Origin: Paragordius varius | Lineage: Eukaryota; Animalia; Nematomorpha | Length of the DNA stretch: 64,000 bases | Direction: 5' to 3' | Assembly: GCA_964247055.1 (NCBI GenBank) | Contig: OZ176054.1 | Location: 3,782,001 to 3,846,000, forward strand | Shown: positions 47,401 through 60,487 of the stretch, one piece after another | Layout of the letters: each line of letters begins with the position of its first letter | Position numbering within the stretch: the first letter of the stretch is position 1 | Program-made: the position numbers and the translations under genes | Notes under the pieces: model-generated | Told to the model about the DNA's origin: nothing | What the model saw: the letters and a program-made list of their open reading frames with translations, nothing else | The model's database searches: none

Positions 47401-50400
47401 ATTGTTGTAAAATAATTATTTAAATAATCATTTTCATAAAAAATATTTATTGCTTTATAATGTCCTTCATATATACTGATTGGTTTGATTTAGTTATTGG
47501 CTGATAAATTTACAAAGCAGCTTTATAGCCGATTTTGAAAAGGGGTCCATTTATGTTACCAAGTCAAGGAATGATATTTCATTAGCATGGACTTACGACG
47601 CAAGTCGAGATGGAATTTTGGCAGGAATGTTAATGGAAACAATTTACAAGAAATGTCAAATATATCAAAGTTATCTCTCCCCAAACGATGGTTCTTTGTT
47701 CTTTAAGGTAAAATTATCTCTAAATTTAAAAAATGCAAAGAGCTTTACGCATTAAAAATATTAAATAATTGTATGTAATGCGTACAAATAATTGTAAAAT
47801 TATTCGAAGTGTCTACGGTTTAATTAAATCTTAATTTCACAATGCATGCATAAAATTAAATAGAGTTAAAGTGCAATATTAGTTATCACCAAATCACTCC
47901 TTCATTGAATCGAACATTTAAAAACCTCCTAAAAATTTAAGTTTAGTAATTAACCCATAAAAAAATTGGCTTAATTTTATATGGCTCTTTTAATTTTGTT
48001 TAGAAAAAATGAAATGAGTATTTGTAATAGAGTACACATGACAAATGTGTTCCAATTGTTTCGTTCAATTGATAAATTAATCAAAATATATAAAATACCA
48101 GGCTATAAATTAATCGTTTACCAATAAATATATTTTTTCAAAAAAAACGTTAAAATCTGTTAAATTGCCTATCTAAACCTTATAAGTAAAATTTTTACAA
48201 AGATCAATAACTCAGGTCAATATTACTAATACTTTTAATGTTAGATATTAAATAAAACGACACCCTCTTCTATTACCGATATAAAACTGGTGGATGATTC
48301 AATGCAATACATAAATCCTTTAGGATTCGATTATTTTTTAACCACTTGGATTAATAGCGAAAAACAAAAATCTGTTCATGATATCAACAATGAGCTCTAT
48401 TTTAACAACCATGCCTCAATCCCCTCTTGGAAATTTGACATTTATGATCTAAGTTTTCAAAGTAAATTTTTATCAACGTTTCTGAGACGCTTAAAACGGG
48501 TGTCCAACACAAATTTGCGGGCCGTATTTTTGCATCCAAAAATCTGGGCGGGCCGCATTCAAAAAATATATGGGCATCTACAAATATTTTGTTAGATATT
48601 AAACATACTGTAAAACTACCATTTTAACATTTTTTGCTAGTTCATTGCCAAAAATTCAAAAATTTGTTGCCAAAAAAAATCAATTGATTTCGTAGAATTT
48701 TGTATTTTTCCGGCGGGCTGCAAAAATCTTTGGGGGGTGGTTTAAGAAATTTATTAATTATAATATATGAACATTCCTTTCATTTTAATAAGGACAACCA
48801 TATTTTTAAACCATGAATTTTTAATATAACCCATTCAATAATAAAGTTGTGAATTGGTAACACACTCAAATTCAAATTAGACATTATTGGTATTCATATA
48901 GTTTAGATAAAAAAGGTTAAAAATTATGCTGTTCCGTTTAAAAAAATACTTTAACGTGTTGTCTTGATAATTTTTATTGTTATTGCAAATTTTTACCATC
49001 ATGTTTATAATTTAGTACCGAAATCGGAAAAACTTTTGAGCTGGTCCATGCCATTACAACTTAATCATTACAATATTAAAACTATGGCGGGTAAAGAACG
49101 GATTGAAAATTTGATACGTGACATATTACCAATACATGCCATAGAAATTAATGAATCTCATTTCGTGTTCCCTTATGAAATATTTATCATGAATCAAAAT
49201 TTTGACCAGTATAAATGTTACAGCACCTTTTGGAATTGGATTTTGTTAATTGTGTCAATGCAACTTATTTTTTGGGGTCTGATAACTACTTTTAATATCA
49301 CAAATCAAAAGTGCTACCAATTCAAAACCTTTTTAATTATCACTGGAGCAACTAGCTTATTGATACTATTGTACGGCGTGATCAATAATTTTGGCAAACG
49401 GTCCTCTATAAACTATTACAATTTTTTAACAACTATGCTGGTGTTACTCGTTTGTGTTGGAAAACTGGTATACATAATATCGGTAAAGTTTACTTCTAAT
49501 TATTTAGGTTATTAACACTATTCCAGGAACAAACTTCAAATTAAAATTTCTAGCCAGTGTTGATATTTTACTGATTCCTTCACTTTTTGAAATCTGCTCA
49601 ATTTTAATTATTTCTATCTATTTGAGATACTCACCCATTCCCTTTTTACAAAAGTATGAATTTTTGTGTTATTTCAAAATAAGATTATACGTTAAATCAG
49701 GAGTATCCAGCACATATAAAGTGGGCCGGATCTGAAAAATATATGGGCCAAAAATATTTCTTTAGATTCCACACACCAGGCTGTAATATAATTTAAAAAA
49801 ATATAACTATCTATTTTACCAATTTTTGCTATCATTGTGTTAATTAGAAAAACTTATTCAAAAAATTAGTTTTACAAATATCAATTTTACTAAAATTTCT
49901 TCAGCATATTTTCGCAAATTGCGGATATCGTATTCATTTGGTATTTTCCAAATTTTTCGCGGGCCCATAATATCTCGGAGAAGGGACGAATGGTCACCCC
50001 TGACTTAAATTATAATTCTTTGTTTATATATTTTTTAGCATGGTTTCTCCACTTTATATTACCTGTATTTTTTCATTCCTAATGATTGGATTATTCCCAT
50101 ATATTTGTAAAACCTTGTTTAATATATCTGACGAAAATGCCTCCAGTGACCTAAAATATTCAAATTCATTAAATTTGGGCGAAAACCAAAACACACAAAC
50201 TCGGTTAAATAATAATGAACAAAGTAAAGAAACATCGCAAAACTTACTTGAAATAAAAATGAATGTGCTGAGAAAACCTTACTGCGAAAATCAGAGTTTA
50301 AGCAATAAATGCATAATCTTGACTGATGCAAAGGAAATCCTAAATAATAATGAAAATCAAATAATCAACTCACAATTAAGTCGTTTCCCTTTGATATCGA

Positions 50401-50606
50401 ATGAAATGTTCACTAACAAAATTATAATCAACAATAATTTTTATGCAATGCCTAACAACAACTCTCAAAAATACTACTCATCGAATATAAAATTGACGAC
50501 ACACCAAAACCACGTTGGTAAAAAGCGTAATAAACAAAATGTTCCATACCATATATCATATAATTCCTTATCAACTATTTCAGGTTTTTACACTGATCAT
50601 TTTTAA
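38409..50606 (+). CDS. ptc: Divergent Patched (PTCH-type RND/sterol-sensing protein), about 1405 aa
   Basis: 15 phase-compatible exons: 38409-38574, 38644-39001, 42845-42911, 43609-43703, 44203-44323, 44407-44567, 44780-45113, 45628-45969, 46058-46180, 46532-47370, 47494-47707, 48245-48461, 49016-49482, 49508-49653, 50039-50606. Patched-type motifs: WTYKDLCHK, IPC.IPTPLDCF.QG, AFQTTFQLM, WTPDAAEMVLKKWQ, IPVKVLRDISLQ, SRDGILA, LVD..INP.GF..FLTTWINS. Confidence 0.88.
39065..39536 (+). mobile_element. piggyBac-like MITE, 5'-truncated, in Patched intron 2
   Basis: ggggatcccaggcctg...caatttgaatcaaatg|ttaa. Colinear with 19472-20051. Confidence 0.7.
39822..41259. mobile_element. Non-autonomous hAT (Ac-type TAGGG termini) with GACCTAGGTC subterminal palindromes
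   Basis: TAGGGTTGTG / CACAACCCTA TIRs and a perfect 8-bp TSD CCCCAGAC (39814-39821 and 41260-41267). Confidence 0.9.
40463..41100 (+). mobile_element. Second copy of the CCATTTGCA foldback MITE
   Basis: Colinear with 5007-5648 over its whole length, with different numbers of 21-bp units. Confidence 0.85.
42942..43539 (-). mobile_element. Non-autonomous Helitron in Patched intron 3
   Basis: On the minus strand A|TCTATA...CTAG|T. Reverse-complement copy of 7271-7837. Confidence 0.88.
48497..48735 (+). mobile_element. Degraded Buster-type hAT MITE in a Patched intron
   Basis: cgggtgtccaacac...gcgggccg left end. The right TIR was not recognised. Confidence 0.5.
49698..50002 (+). mobile_element. 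Buster-type hAT MITE in the last Patched intron
   Basis: CAGGAGTATCCA...TGGTCACCCCTG with nnnTAnnn TSD cgttaaat/acttaaat. Confidence 0.8.
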
Positions 50607-51099
50607 ATGTATAAAATAATTTATTCAAAATAATTTATTAATATATAGAAGAAACTGAATTTTCAGCATGATACGATATGGTGAGATTAAAATGTTTTGT
50701 GCTTGTCCTATGCAATATAACTAATGTCCAATTAGCAATATATAACTCAAAATGCAATCAAATTTTTATACATAAAAAATGTTGATTAATAAATTCCATT
50801 ATAATAATAATAATATTAAATTAACGGATTGGGGTAGGGAGTCTAAATATATTTGGTAACATCTCGCAAATTCGTTCGAAAGCTTTTTGACTCAACCCAG
50901 CAGGTAATTGAAATTGGATTGTTTTACACCGATCATTCTGGTTATGATTATTGTAGGCAAAAGGAAAATTTTCTGTAAATATAAATAAAAAATGTTGTTT
51001 TATGTATGATTTTTCCTATTCGAATGTATGAAAGATTTATACCAAACAGTATACCTATCCAACGATAGAGCCATGGTAGTGATTATTTTTTTGAAAAAT

Positions 51100-52150
51100 G
51101 AGTACCCTGTAATCATAATCTTTACCGTTTTTTGATTGAAAACGCGTAATTTTAAAGGGATATCAATAATTTATTTTAAAGATTGTCCATCGGCTTCTAT
51201 ACAAGGCCCCATCTCTCAGGCAGGTAATACATGTATGTCATGCAAAAAACTGATTATCTTTTGCGAAAAAACCGTTCGTCATCCATTTTCCAGCGTCTTA
51301 AATTATTGGTGCACTGGCAGCGTGTGCTCCATTGAATATCCAAATTGTGCCAAATCAGGAGAATACAGCCGTTGCAGAAGAATTTCACATCTGAGCGATT
51401 TCAAGTTTTCTTTCACATTAGATTTGCTGTGAAGAGCATTGTCATTTAAATATTATGTTTTCTAGCTCGTTCCGGTAGTTTTCCCGTAAATTAAGGGTTT
51501 AAACTAATTATTTGTTGACGACGTTGTTTATTAACAGTATTAGGCTTCAAAAGTTCATAATGACAAATCCGCTCTAATCCCACCAGAAACAGAGCATGGT
51601 CTTCTTGCCAAAGCAAATTGGCTTTGATGCTGATGGACTGGCTTGACAAAAAAGCTACGATTCTTTCCGCTTTATATTTACAAAGCACCTTGATTTCGTT
51701 TCGTGACGTTGTTGAAGCAGGATATCAAAAGTCATTTTGTAATTATAATTTGACATTCGAATTGTGTGGACCCATTTACCGGATTTATTAATCTTTCCTA
51801 TTGCTCATAGACGTCTGCTGATTGTTTTTTGTGATGCACTGAATTCTTATACCAATTGTTGAGTTTGAGCTGGGTTATCATCCAATCTCTTTCATTTTAT
51901 CGACTTCGCTTCGAATCTATGTTTCAACCAATGGAGAATGCATAAGTTTGTGCACGCAGACAATCACTTTCAACAACCTTTTTCTTTTGATTAATATAAG
52001 AAAAGCATTGCGCGCATTTCCCAGGCACAAAATTCGATATGATCAATGAATGATAAAAATAAGACGTTTGGCAACTTGCGTGTGATTGTCGGTCTCAACA
52101 AATTGGCGTATGTTCGAAATTAATCGGCTGCGCCCTTTTCGCTTATAGTA
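51100..52150 (-). pseudogene. Decayed mariner (Mos1-like) transposase
   Basis: Frameshifted minus-strand fragments: LDDNPAQTQQ...SQKTISRRL.AIGKINKSGKWV (WVPHEL region), YELLKPN.TVN..RRQQIISLN, YSPDLA (51348-51365), and ERW..C.EADGQ. Confidence 0.88.
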
Positions 52151-52399
52151 TATGTAATAGGCATATTGCTTTAGTATTTTTTAAATAAGATGTTGCACTT
52201 AAAGCCCAATTAATTTGTCCCTTGAATAAAAGAGTTACACTAAATTTCAAAAATTACCTTATATTTTCGTGAATTTTTTTAATGTGCATGTATATATTAA
52301 AATTAATCCATAACTTATATAACTCGCCCGCTGTTACGCAATTAAAATATTGAATCGCTTTACAACATTATATTAATAGGCGTAACAAAAAATGTCAAA

Positions 52400-55300
52400 C
52401 TAATTCAACACATAAAAATGCGTTGTTAGATCATAGCAATCTATTATACAATTACTTAGGGTTGCAGAGGCTATATCCAATAACTGAGAATTATTTGAAA
52501 ATGATTGTGTTTCAATAACATAGCCCTTGACACATTTAAATACAAGTTCTGCACGTTTCAAACACCAAGGAAGAGTTGTTTTCTATACAAAACATAAATT
52601 TATGTATGTTATTTAAAGGCAAATTGTTTCCTAATTTGTTTTTGCAGTAAACTTATAAATCTAAAAAACAGTAAATTTTTCAAATATGCCACCTCGTTGG
52701 TCTCAGTGGTAAGTAAGAGAGGGATAACAAGATCCTGCACACCAAAATATCCAAATGCACATCTTATAATGGAACGTAAACTGTCAAACAGAGCAGCGTG
52801 ACATCTAACATTAGTATCATGACCATGAGATATCCAAGATTGCTCAGATGAATTAGGTAGGCATATATGAAAAAGTATGTGAGTTCGTGAAAGTGTAGAA
52901 TGTTTAGTTATGTAAACAGTCCCATCATCCAAAGAAAATGTGCTGTTTGACTGCTTAGTAAAAGTTTGGCCATTGGCGGCGTTTGATGTTTTTAGCTAAA
53001 AATAATTGGATAAAATTATTATTATATAGAACATAAGAAAAGGGAGGCTAGCCTTGAATGTCTTTATATAAAAATTATAAAAGTGTACCGCAAAAATATG
53101 TTCCGCCGTAACTGCGTGACAAAAAAGAATTAAAAATTCTTAATAAAAAATTTAAAAAAAAAACCATGAATTTACAATACATTTTGTCAAATATAACAAT
53201 TTTTCTTTTTTAAAAAAAACAGCACATTTTTTATCGAATAAAGTGGTCAAACAATGTAGTCTTTGTAAAATATTTCCAGATTAAAATTTTACATCTACCT
53301 AATTTCATTATCGCTTAAACATATTAAAATAAAAATAAAAGAGTGAAATACGGAAACGATTTAACTTGAAAGTAATATACCTACCATGTTATAATCTTTT
53401 CTCACGGCATCAAGTTGTACATCCAAATTTTTAAAATGATATTCGGTATCTTTCTCACATATTTCATTTAAACCTATTTAAAAAATTTATAAAAGTTTCA
53501 AAAAGTGAATCCATTTCACTTCTTGTTTCAAATTAAAATCTAAGTTTTTGATGTGAAAAATAATAGTATTTAAATTCAAAGGACATAATAATAATTGCAT
53601 TTTGAAAAAAAAATCAAAATTTCATTAAATCTCAAGTAGTAATAATTACGTTGCAAAGATCCATTATCTTTCACATCAAGTCTACCATCCTCAATAACAA
53701 CTAAACCATGTAACTTATCGCTGTATAATGTTAAAAGAGTCAATAATTTCTGCGAATTGACCGTAGATATTTCGGATGGTAAGTGATCGTTCATGTTTTT
53801 ATTACAGTTACCATTTTCTGATTTGATTGATGAATGAAGAGTACCACCACAAAAATAATCGATTAGATCACATCGAATGAGGCGTAAATTATACATAGTT
53901 TTTAGTTGACAACCCAAATTGACTGTAAAACTTTCTTCTAATAAAGCATTATTATTGTCGGCTAAGCTTAAATTCAAGTTTCCAAACTCATTTTCAATAA
54001 AATGGGAACTGCTAGTTAATGGTTCAATGTCAAGACTGTGGGATTTATGTAAATTTTCACCCCTATTGACTACGAGGTTAGGGAGAAACAATGATGTACC
54101 CTTCAATAATTTCCCAATTCTACTATTCGGAGATGGCAAAACCAATGAAAGAGATTTAGATGGGCCTAAATCCAAAAGATGTTTTATATCGTTAAATCTG
54201 ACCAGTTGTAAAGCCAGTCAAAAATAACTTGTCAATTGATTTTATGTTCATGTTTGATAAAAAAAAGGGAATTAAACTTTCTATTAATACAATATAAGAA
54301 AAGTTGTCAAATTTTGATATTTTATCAGAGTTAAAATAATTTTATTAATTAACTTTATGCTGTTTCGTTTATTTATAAATGTAATACTCTACTAGGTAAT
54401 AATTATCTGGTTTATGATCGTAAATGACAACATTTATCAGCGGTCAGACCGGTTTTTAAGGATCGACCTGAAAACTTAACCCCAAAATTATGTAATCTTT
54501 AATTTATATTCCTACCAAAGGAAAATGAAGCTTTTGTGGGCTCATTGTCCTTTATATTCGTCGTATTTTGTATAATCGATGATGATGTGGGTAAGTAGTG
54601 TTGTTCCATCCTATCATTACAAATTTTTTGGAAATCGTCTGTTCCCTTAATTTTTTGCAAAAATATATAAAATATAATTATAGATTTAAAACCGGGGGCC
54701 ATATCGGGTGTAAAATGGTTTCTTCGTAAACTATATTTCCGATTTATAAAACTTTAGGTTATTTATTATATAAAAACGTTTAATGCTCATACGCATACTA
54801 ACATTCTTTATTTTAATTTTATTTTTATGTTGATCCGAAGAAGTTAGAGAAATCTGACAAAAATTCATTTATAAATTTATTATTAATTTGCTGATATTAC
54901 ATCATATCATTCTAAAACATACTGATTCAGCCTGATCCATAACTTAACATAAGTTAAAAACCATTAAATTGATCAATAATACTTGAAAAAATAAAAATAG
55001 AGCTGTTTATTAAATACAACAACAACATTGATTCGAGACGACGGTCAAGCATTTTTAAAAATAAATACAGGTTTCTAAAGCCTCCCGTTTCATTATTGAA
55101 GAATCGCAATTAATGCGACAATCAACGACAAAACTTTGTCTCTTATTTTTCATTATTTAATAATTATGTTTATATTCAAATACTATCATTTATAAAAAAA
55201 ACGGCAAAATGTTTTTATATGGCATTTTATTTTTTGTAGCATTACATTTTTTTGCTCTTCGGAAGTTAGTATGGCATGTTCATAAACATTCATGACCCAT

Positions 55301-57560
55301 TCTCTCAACTCCTTACATTGAATAGCTTTTAAACAATGTATTTTGCTGGCCCACCGACATTCAGCCACGTGAAATTCTTCATTCGTTTGATTAGCTAAAG
55401 AGGTCACATACCTAAACAACAATTATCAATATAATAGCGAAAGAATAAAGTGAAGCTAATAAATTGTGATGTATATTTATATTGGGATAGAAAATACATG
55501 GCTCAATATCTGCATCATTACGCTTTTTAAGAATAAAATCAATTAAATATATTTTTTCTAATAATACAGAAGATTCACCCTTCACCAATGTCTCACAACA
55601 CAATATTATGCATAAATTTAGTGCCAATATGATGATAAAAAACAAGGATATCGCTTAATGTGATAATTGATAATATCATATTTATATATGTTGTATCACC
55701 AATTATTTAATATTATAGGGGTTGACCCGCATTATATTTTGGTGAGTACTACTGCTTTAGGCGATTAAAGGAACTTATTTGGAGAAAATGCATGATATTG
55801 ATATGTTAATTGATGAGTGCTATTACTTTAAAAAGGCTTATTACGAAAAACAGCCAGTAAGGGAGAGGGGTTTATTATATATATTTTAATTAATGACATA
55901 TGCCAATTTTCTTTATAAATGTAGCAAAAAAATGTTTTTTTAAAAAATAATTGTTTAATACAACCAAAATGTTAAAAATTACTCTTCATAATCCGTTGGT
56001 GTAAAGGCGTTAATAGTTTCATTTGAGGTTGCCAATGCATTATCCATAATGTTTTTATGTCTATAATAATTTGTATTAACAGAGGTCTAAATATTCTAAT
56101 AATAACACCATGCTTTTATTTTAACATTCCATTCCCTTTTGGGGTAGTTTTATATCCCGAAGCGATTTGAAATATGAATATCTTAAAAATACTTAAAATA
56201 TTGGGCCGAATTTCCCTATATGCTTTTTTAGCTTCTTGGGCGCATTATACAAATATTTTTTAAAAAAATGTAAAACCGTAAAAAATCATCACCTCAAACT
56301 TTTTTCCCCATCTTTTTTTCTATTTTATAATCGCAATTGTAACAGGTAAATAACTGAATAATTATTTAAAAAGCGTCAAGGCTACATTTTACCAGCAAAA
56401 ACTTGTGATTTTTTTTTCGTTTCAATCGTGTAATGGAACTGTCCCAATTTTAGACTCTAGAAGGCAAAAACTAGAAAAAATATAAGCTTCTTTATTTAAT
56501 ACATGGAGACAATGTTTGATAATCAAATTTTAACTAAAACAACTTAAAAACTTTAGTTTATATACGAAATTGAGCTCTGGGATATAAAACAACCCCAAAG
56601 AATAAACTAGGACAAAAAAGTAAAAAGGTATTTACATAAGACACTTCATTTTATTATGGAAATATATTATAGACATATCATATATACATTGGATAATATA
56701 AAATTTTTAACCGTACTATATTATATATATTTCACATATTAAAAGTTAATAACATTGTAGGTTAAAAATCATTACTTTGATTTCAAAAAGTTCATTTCAA
56801 CATCCCGATCTGTCAAAAGTTGTGTTAAGGCCAAATGATGATCATTCTCAATCCGCAATAAAGTGTCCAAATGCGGAGTTTCTATTAGGTAGGAAAATGC
56901 TTCCGCAAATATGACCTCATCGTCCTTAATAGGGTTATGGTACTTTTCCTTTAAGAAAAAACAGCATAAGTGAGTTAATTTAAAAAAATTTACAAATTAT
57001 CAACGACACTGAGAAATATAGAGACCAAAGTATTTTTATATATATGTGAAATAAGTTTGTTATGTTTTAAGTTTGAACAACTCTTGTATGTTAGTTTTAA
57101 ACCATATATGCCCAAAATCACCCTATTCACGTAAATCTCAACTTTTGACTAATGATCAGTTTGCTATCCTAATAATTTCTATATTTTATTTAAAAAAAGG
57201 AAGAATAAAGATTGAATATAAACTCATATAAAGTTTAACCAAAACTTTGATAGAGCCATCGTCCCAAGAATTTACCAATTCGTCAATGTTTTGACCATAT
57301 ATATCTATGCTTTTAAAGCTTATTTGCGATATTTTTATTGTTTCATCCAATATAAATTTTTGCAATTTATTTGATAAATCTATGGTCAAAATTTAATTAC
57401 TTTTTATGTGCTTTAAAGGAATAAAATACTTTCTTATGATATCATTAACTATATCGGAAAACTGATCAACGATTGGTAATATAATGGGATGTTTTAAGGA
57501 ACAAGTATTATTTTGAAACAAATACTCGTATTCAAAGACACATTTCGCGTTTAGGTTCAT
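52400..57560 (-). CDS. C12orf4: C12orf4/FERRY3 homolog
   Basis: Motifs: [106 protein letters not shown]. Exon 1 is 57401-57560, followed by a 21-nt intron. Internal and last exon boundaries are partly approximate. Confidence 0.92.
56141..56620 (+). mobile_element. 'GGGTAG' family element in a C12orf4 intron
   Basis: GGGGTAGTTTTATATCCC...GGGATATAAAACAACCCC followed by the tail aaagaataaactaggacaaaaa. Confidence 0.75.
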
Positions 57561-57591
57561 CTTTTTTAATCATTTTCTTGTACGGCCACTC

Positions 57592-60077
57592 ATGGTATAT
57601 ATTTTTTATAAAAATTGTAGCCTCAAAACGAATATGTTGAACGTTTTAGAAAAAGACACGGGCGAAGATTAGATTATGAAGAGAGGAAAAGAAAAAAGGA
57701 GGCAAGAGTTGGCCATGAAAAAGCTTTAAAGGCCAAAAAACTTAGAGGTTTGAAAGCTAAATTTTACAATCAAAAAATGCATGCTGAAAAAATTGCTTTG
57801 CAAAAAACTATTAAATCACATCAAATGAAGAACAAAAAAACACAATCGACACCGACTATAAGTAATAAAGGAGCACTTCCCTCATATCTTTTGGATCGTC
57901 AAGATGTGGAACAAAACTCGTCAAAAATTTTGTCAAATATGATAAAACAAAAACGAAAGGAGAAGGCTGTAAGTTATATTCAAAATTATACATATTGGAT
58001 TTTTGTTTTCAAAAGTTGGTCATAAATATTTGCCTCAATTTCAGAAAATTTGGCCCTTTTTTATTTAATTTTTATATATTTTTCTAGGTTTTTTTCGAAT
58101 CATTTTTGTGGATTATAGCTAGCATAGGAATTATATATTAATACAAATGGCACACACATGGCTAAATGCACTATATTTATTAAATAAATATTTGGAATAT
58201 TAGAAATGACACATAATTATATATTTTTTATATATAGGGTAAATGGGATGTCCATCTCCCTAAAGTTAAGGGTGTATCTGAAAAAGAAGTCTTTAAAGTC
58301 ATAAGGACCGGAAAATCGAAAAGTATCACTTTTATGATATGTTCCTTTTGAAATAAATTAATTAAATTATAATTGAAGATTGAATGTTTATAATTAAATT
58401 TTTATAAAGACATTCTAAAATATGCTTTATTAAAGGATTAATATTTAAACAGAATCGAACAACTGGCCTTCTAATATTGAGTAAACTTTATCGAAGCATT
58501 TTAGATCTCTTTGTTTACGAATTTTGTTAAATATATGTAAATTAGTTTTATTTGGAAAATAGAGAATACATAATTAAAACTTTTAAAGTCCATGCTGAGA
58601 CATGAATACTTTATGCTAATTTTATCATAATGCTCTAAATCCTTTTTATTTAAAATTCGGCTCCAAAAATTCAAATATTTTTATTCAAAAATAAATTTTT
58701 ATATACGACCATAAAATATAGAAAAAGCTTGGAAAAGAATGGTGACAAAAGTGTGTTTTGTGGGAGAAAATTTTACCCGAAAACCACCCAAATTTGAACG
58801 ATTTATACGCCCAATGGTATTTTTAAACTCATTAAATTAATTAAAATTTTATAATAATAAAGCTTTTATCATAATTATTCCCTAATTTTTAGGAAAATAT
58901 TTTCAATGACCCTATTTACAAAAAATCGATTCCATATTTTAATTATACTTTATTTTTTTCTTTATCGAAAAAGGTTTCACCAATATAACCGAAAATTAAA
59001 AAATTTATCAAATTAGCTAACTTATTTTTTAAACATCATATATACGCGTTTTTTTCCATCAAATATAACTATAATTTTAAAATACATGGATTCTTTACTT
59101 TTCTCAATTTTTATTCAGTTTTTTATGATTTATATCGTTTAACTTTATTCTAAAAATATATTTTAAATTTAAGATATGATTAAACTTTATTTTTTTCAAG
59201 ATTATGGCTTCAAAAATCACAATACTTTAAACCATTGTACCTTGAAAATTAGAAAATTGATGATCAGCATGAGCTCATTAGTTTATAGGCGCTTGTTATT
59301 TTATTAAGCTCCTTATGAAGAGGGAGGGTTCCACTCCACTTATATTTATAAAATTATCTATCTAATAGGGTTTACGGTTCAATAAAGCAAATGTAACTCA
59401 TCCCGAATTGCGTACGACTTTTCAATTACCCATTATGGGTGTTAAAAAGAATCCTACATCACCACTCTATACCTCTTTGGGTGTCATAACCAAAGGCACC
59501 ATATTAGAGGTTAATGTTAGTGAATTGGGCCTCGTTACACAAGGGGGGAAAGTTGTGTGGGGTTAGTTTTTAAATATATATACAAATATATAAAGTTTTT
59601 GAATTAGCACGATATTAACTAATTAGTAACTTTTAAAACGATTTAGAAATATTAAATTAAACGTTGCAAATGCCTTTTTATTTTTTGTTTCAAAGTCAAT
59701 TTTTATAAAATGCTTTTATAAATTTGTATTCTTTGTTAAAGAAAAGCTAATTCCACTTGTTGAAGGAAAAATGGTTGTATGATGTTAGTTTTTAATTAAA
59801 TTTATTAATTGTGATTTTGTTTTTAATAGCACGAGTGATATAGACTGGTTTATTTGTAAAATTCTTAATTGTAATATTTTACAAAAGTTTTTAATTAAAA
59901 AAATTAAAGCAAATTAACACGCATGATTTATGTCAATACTGTAAATAAAATTTACGCCAAATATATCATTCATCAATATATTATATTTTTATATACGTGT
60001 ATATATTAGGTAAATATGCACAAGTCACCAATGTACCAGAAAACGATGGTTGCATAAATGCAGTTCTTTTAGTGTAA
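57592..60077 (+). CDS. NSA2: Ribosome biogenesis protein NSA2, 263 aa
   Basis: Exons 57592-57594, 57621-57968, 58238-58322, 58722-58816, 59369-59561, 60010-60077. Motifs: [63 protein letters not shown]. Confidence 0.97.
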
Positions 60078-60487
60078 TAATGATATAAATAAAATAAATA
60101 ATATTTTATATAATTTTTCCTGTCAATGTTGAAACTATGACATTTTTAACGTCCATTTGTATGAAAGTTTCTCTGCCTCCATTTGTCCAAACATCTTTGA
60201 TGTATTTACGTATTATATCGGTCCAAATTGTTTTGCATTTCTTAATTATATATATATATATAATATGAAAAAAAAGTATATAATCAAAATTTGAATATGT
60301 ATCAATTAAATATCGAGTTTATGGGTAAAAGTCGCCCTATAACAGTTATTGCTTTTTTGAAGTAAATTCAAATTGTTAGCCATAAATTAAATAGTAACTG
60401 TTTGTTCAATTTAATACTCTAAGAAGCGAAAACGAAATATGATTTTTAGCTACAAAAAATATATATATAAAATATTGATTAGGGTAC

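Noticed and set aside
48462-48595. C-terminal part of the 101-aa ORF 48290-48595
   Set aside because: Past the donor at 48462 it reads through intron into a hAT MITE. Only 48245-48461 is Patched exon.
51136-51432. 98-aa Cys-rich plus-strand ORF
   Set aside because: It is the antisense shadow of the mariner transposase C-terminus (YSPDLA on the minus strand).
53919-54227. 102-aa plus-strand ORF
   Set aside because: It is antisense to a C12orf4 coding exon.
55412-55645. 77-aa minus-strand ORF as a C12orf4 exon
   Set aside because: The flanking C12orf4 exons join in phase without it and cover the expected homologous sequence.
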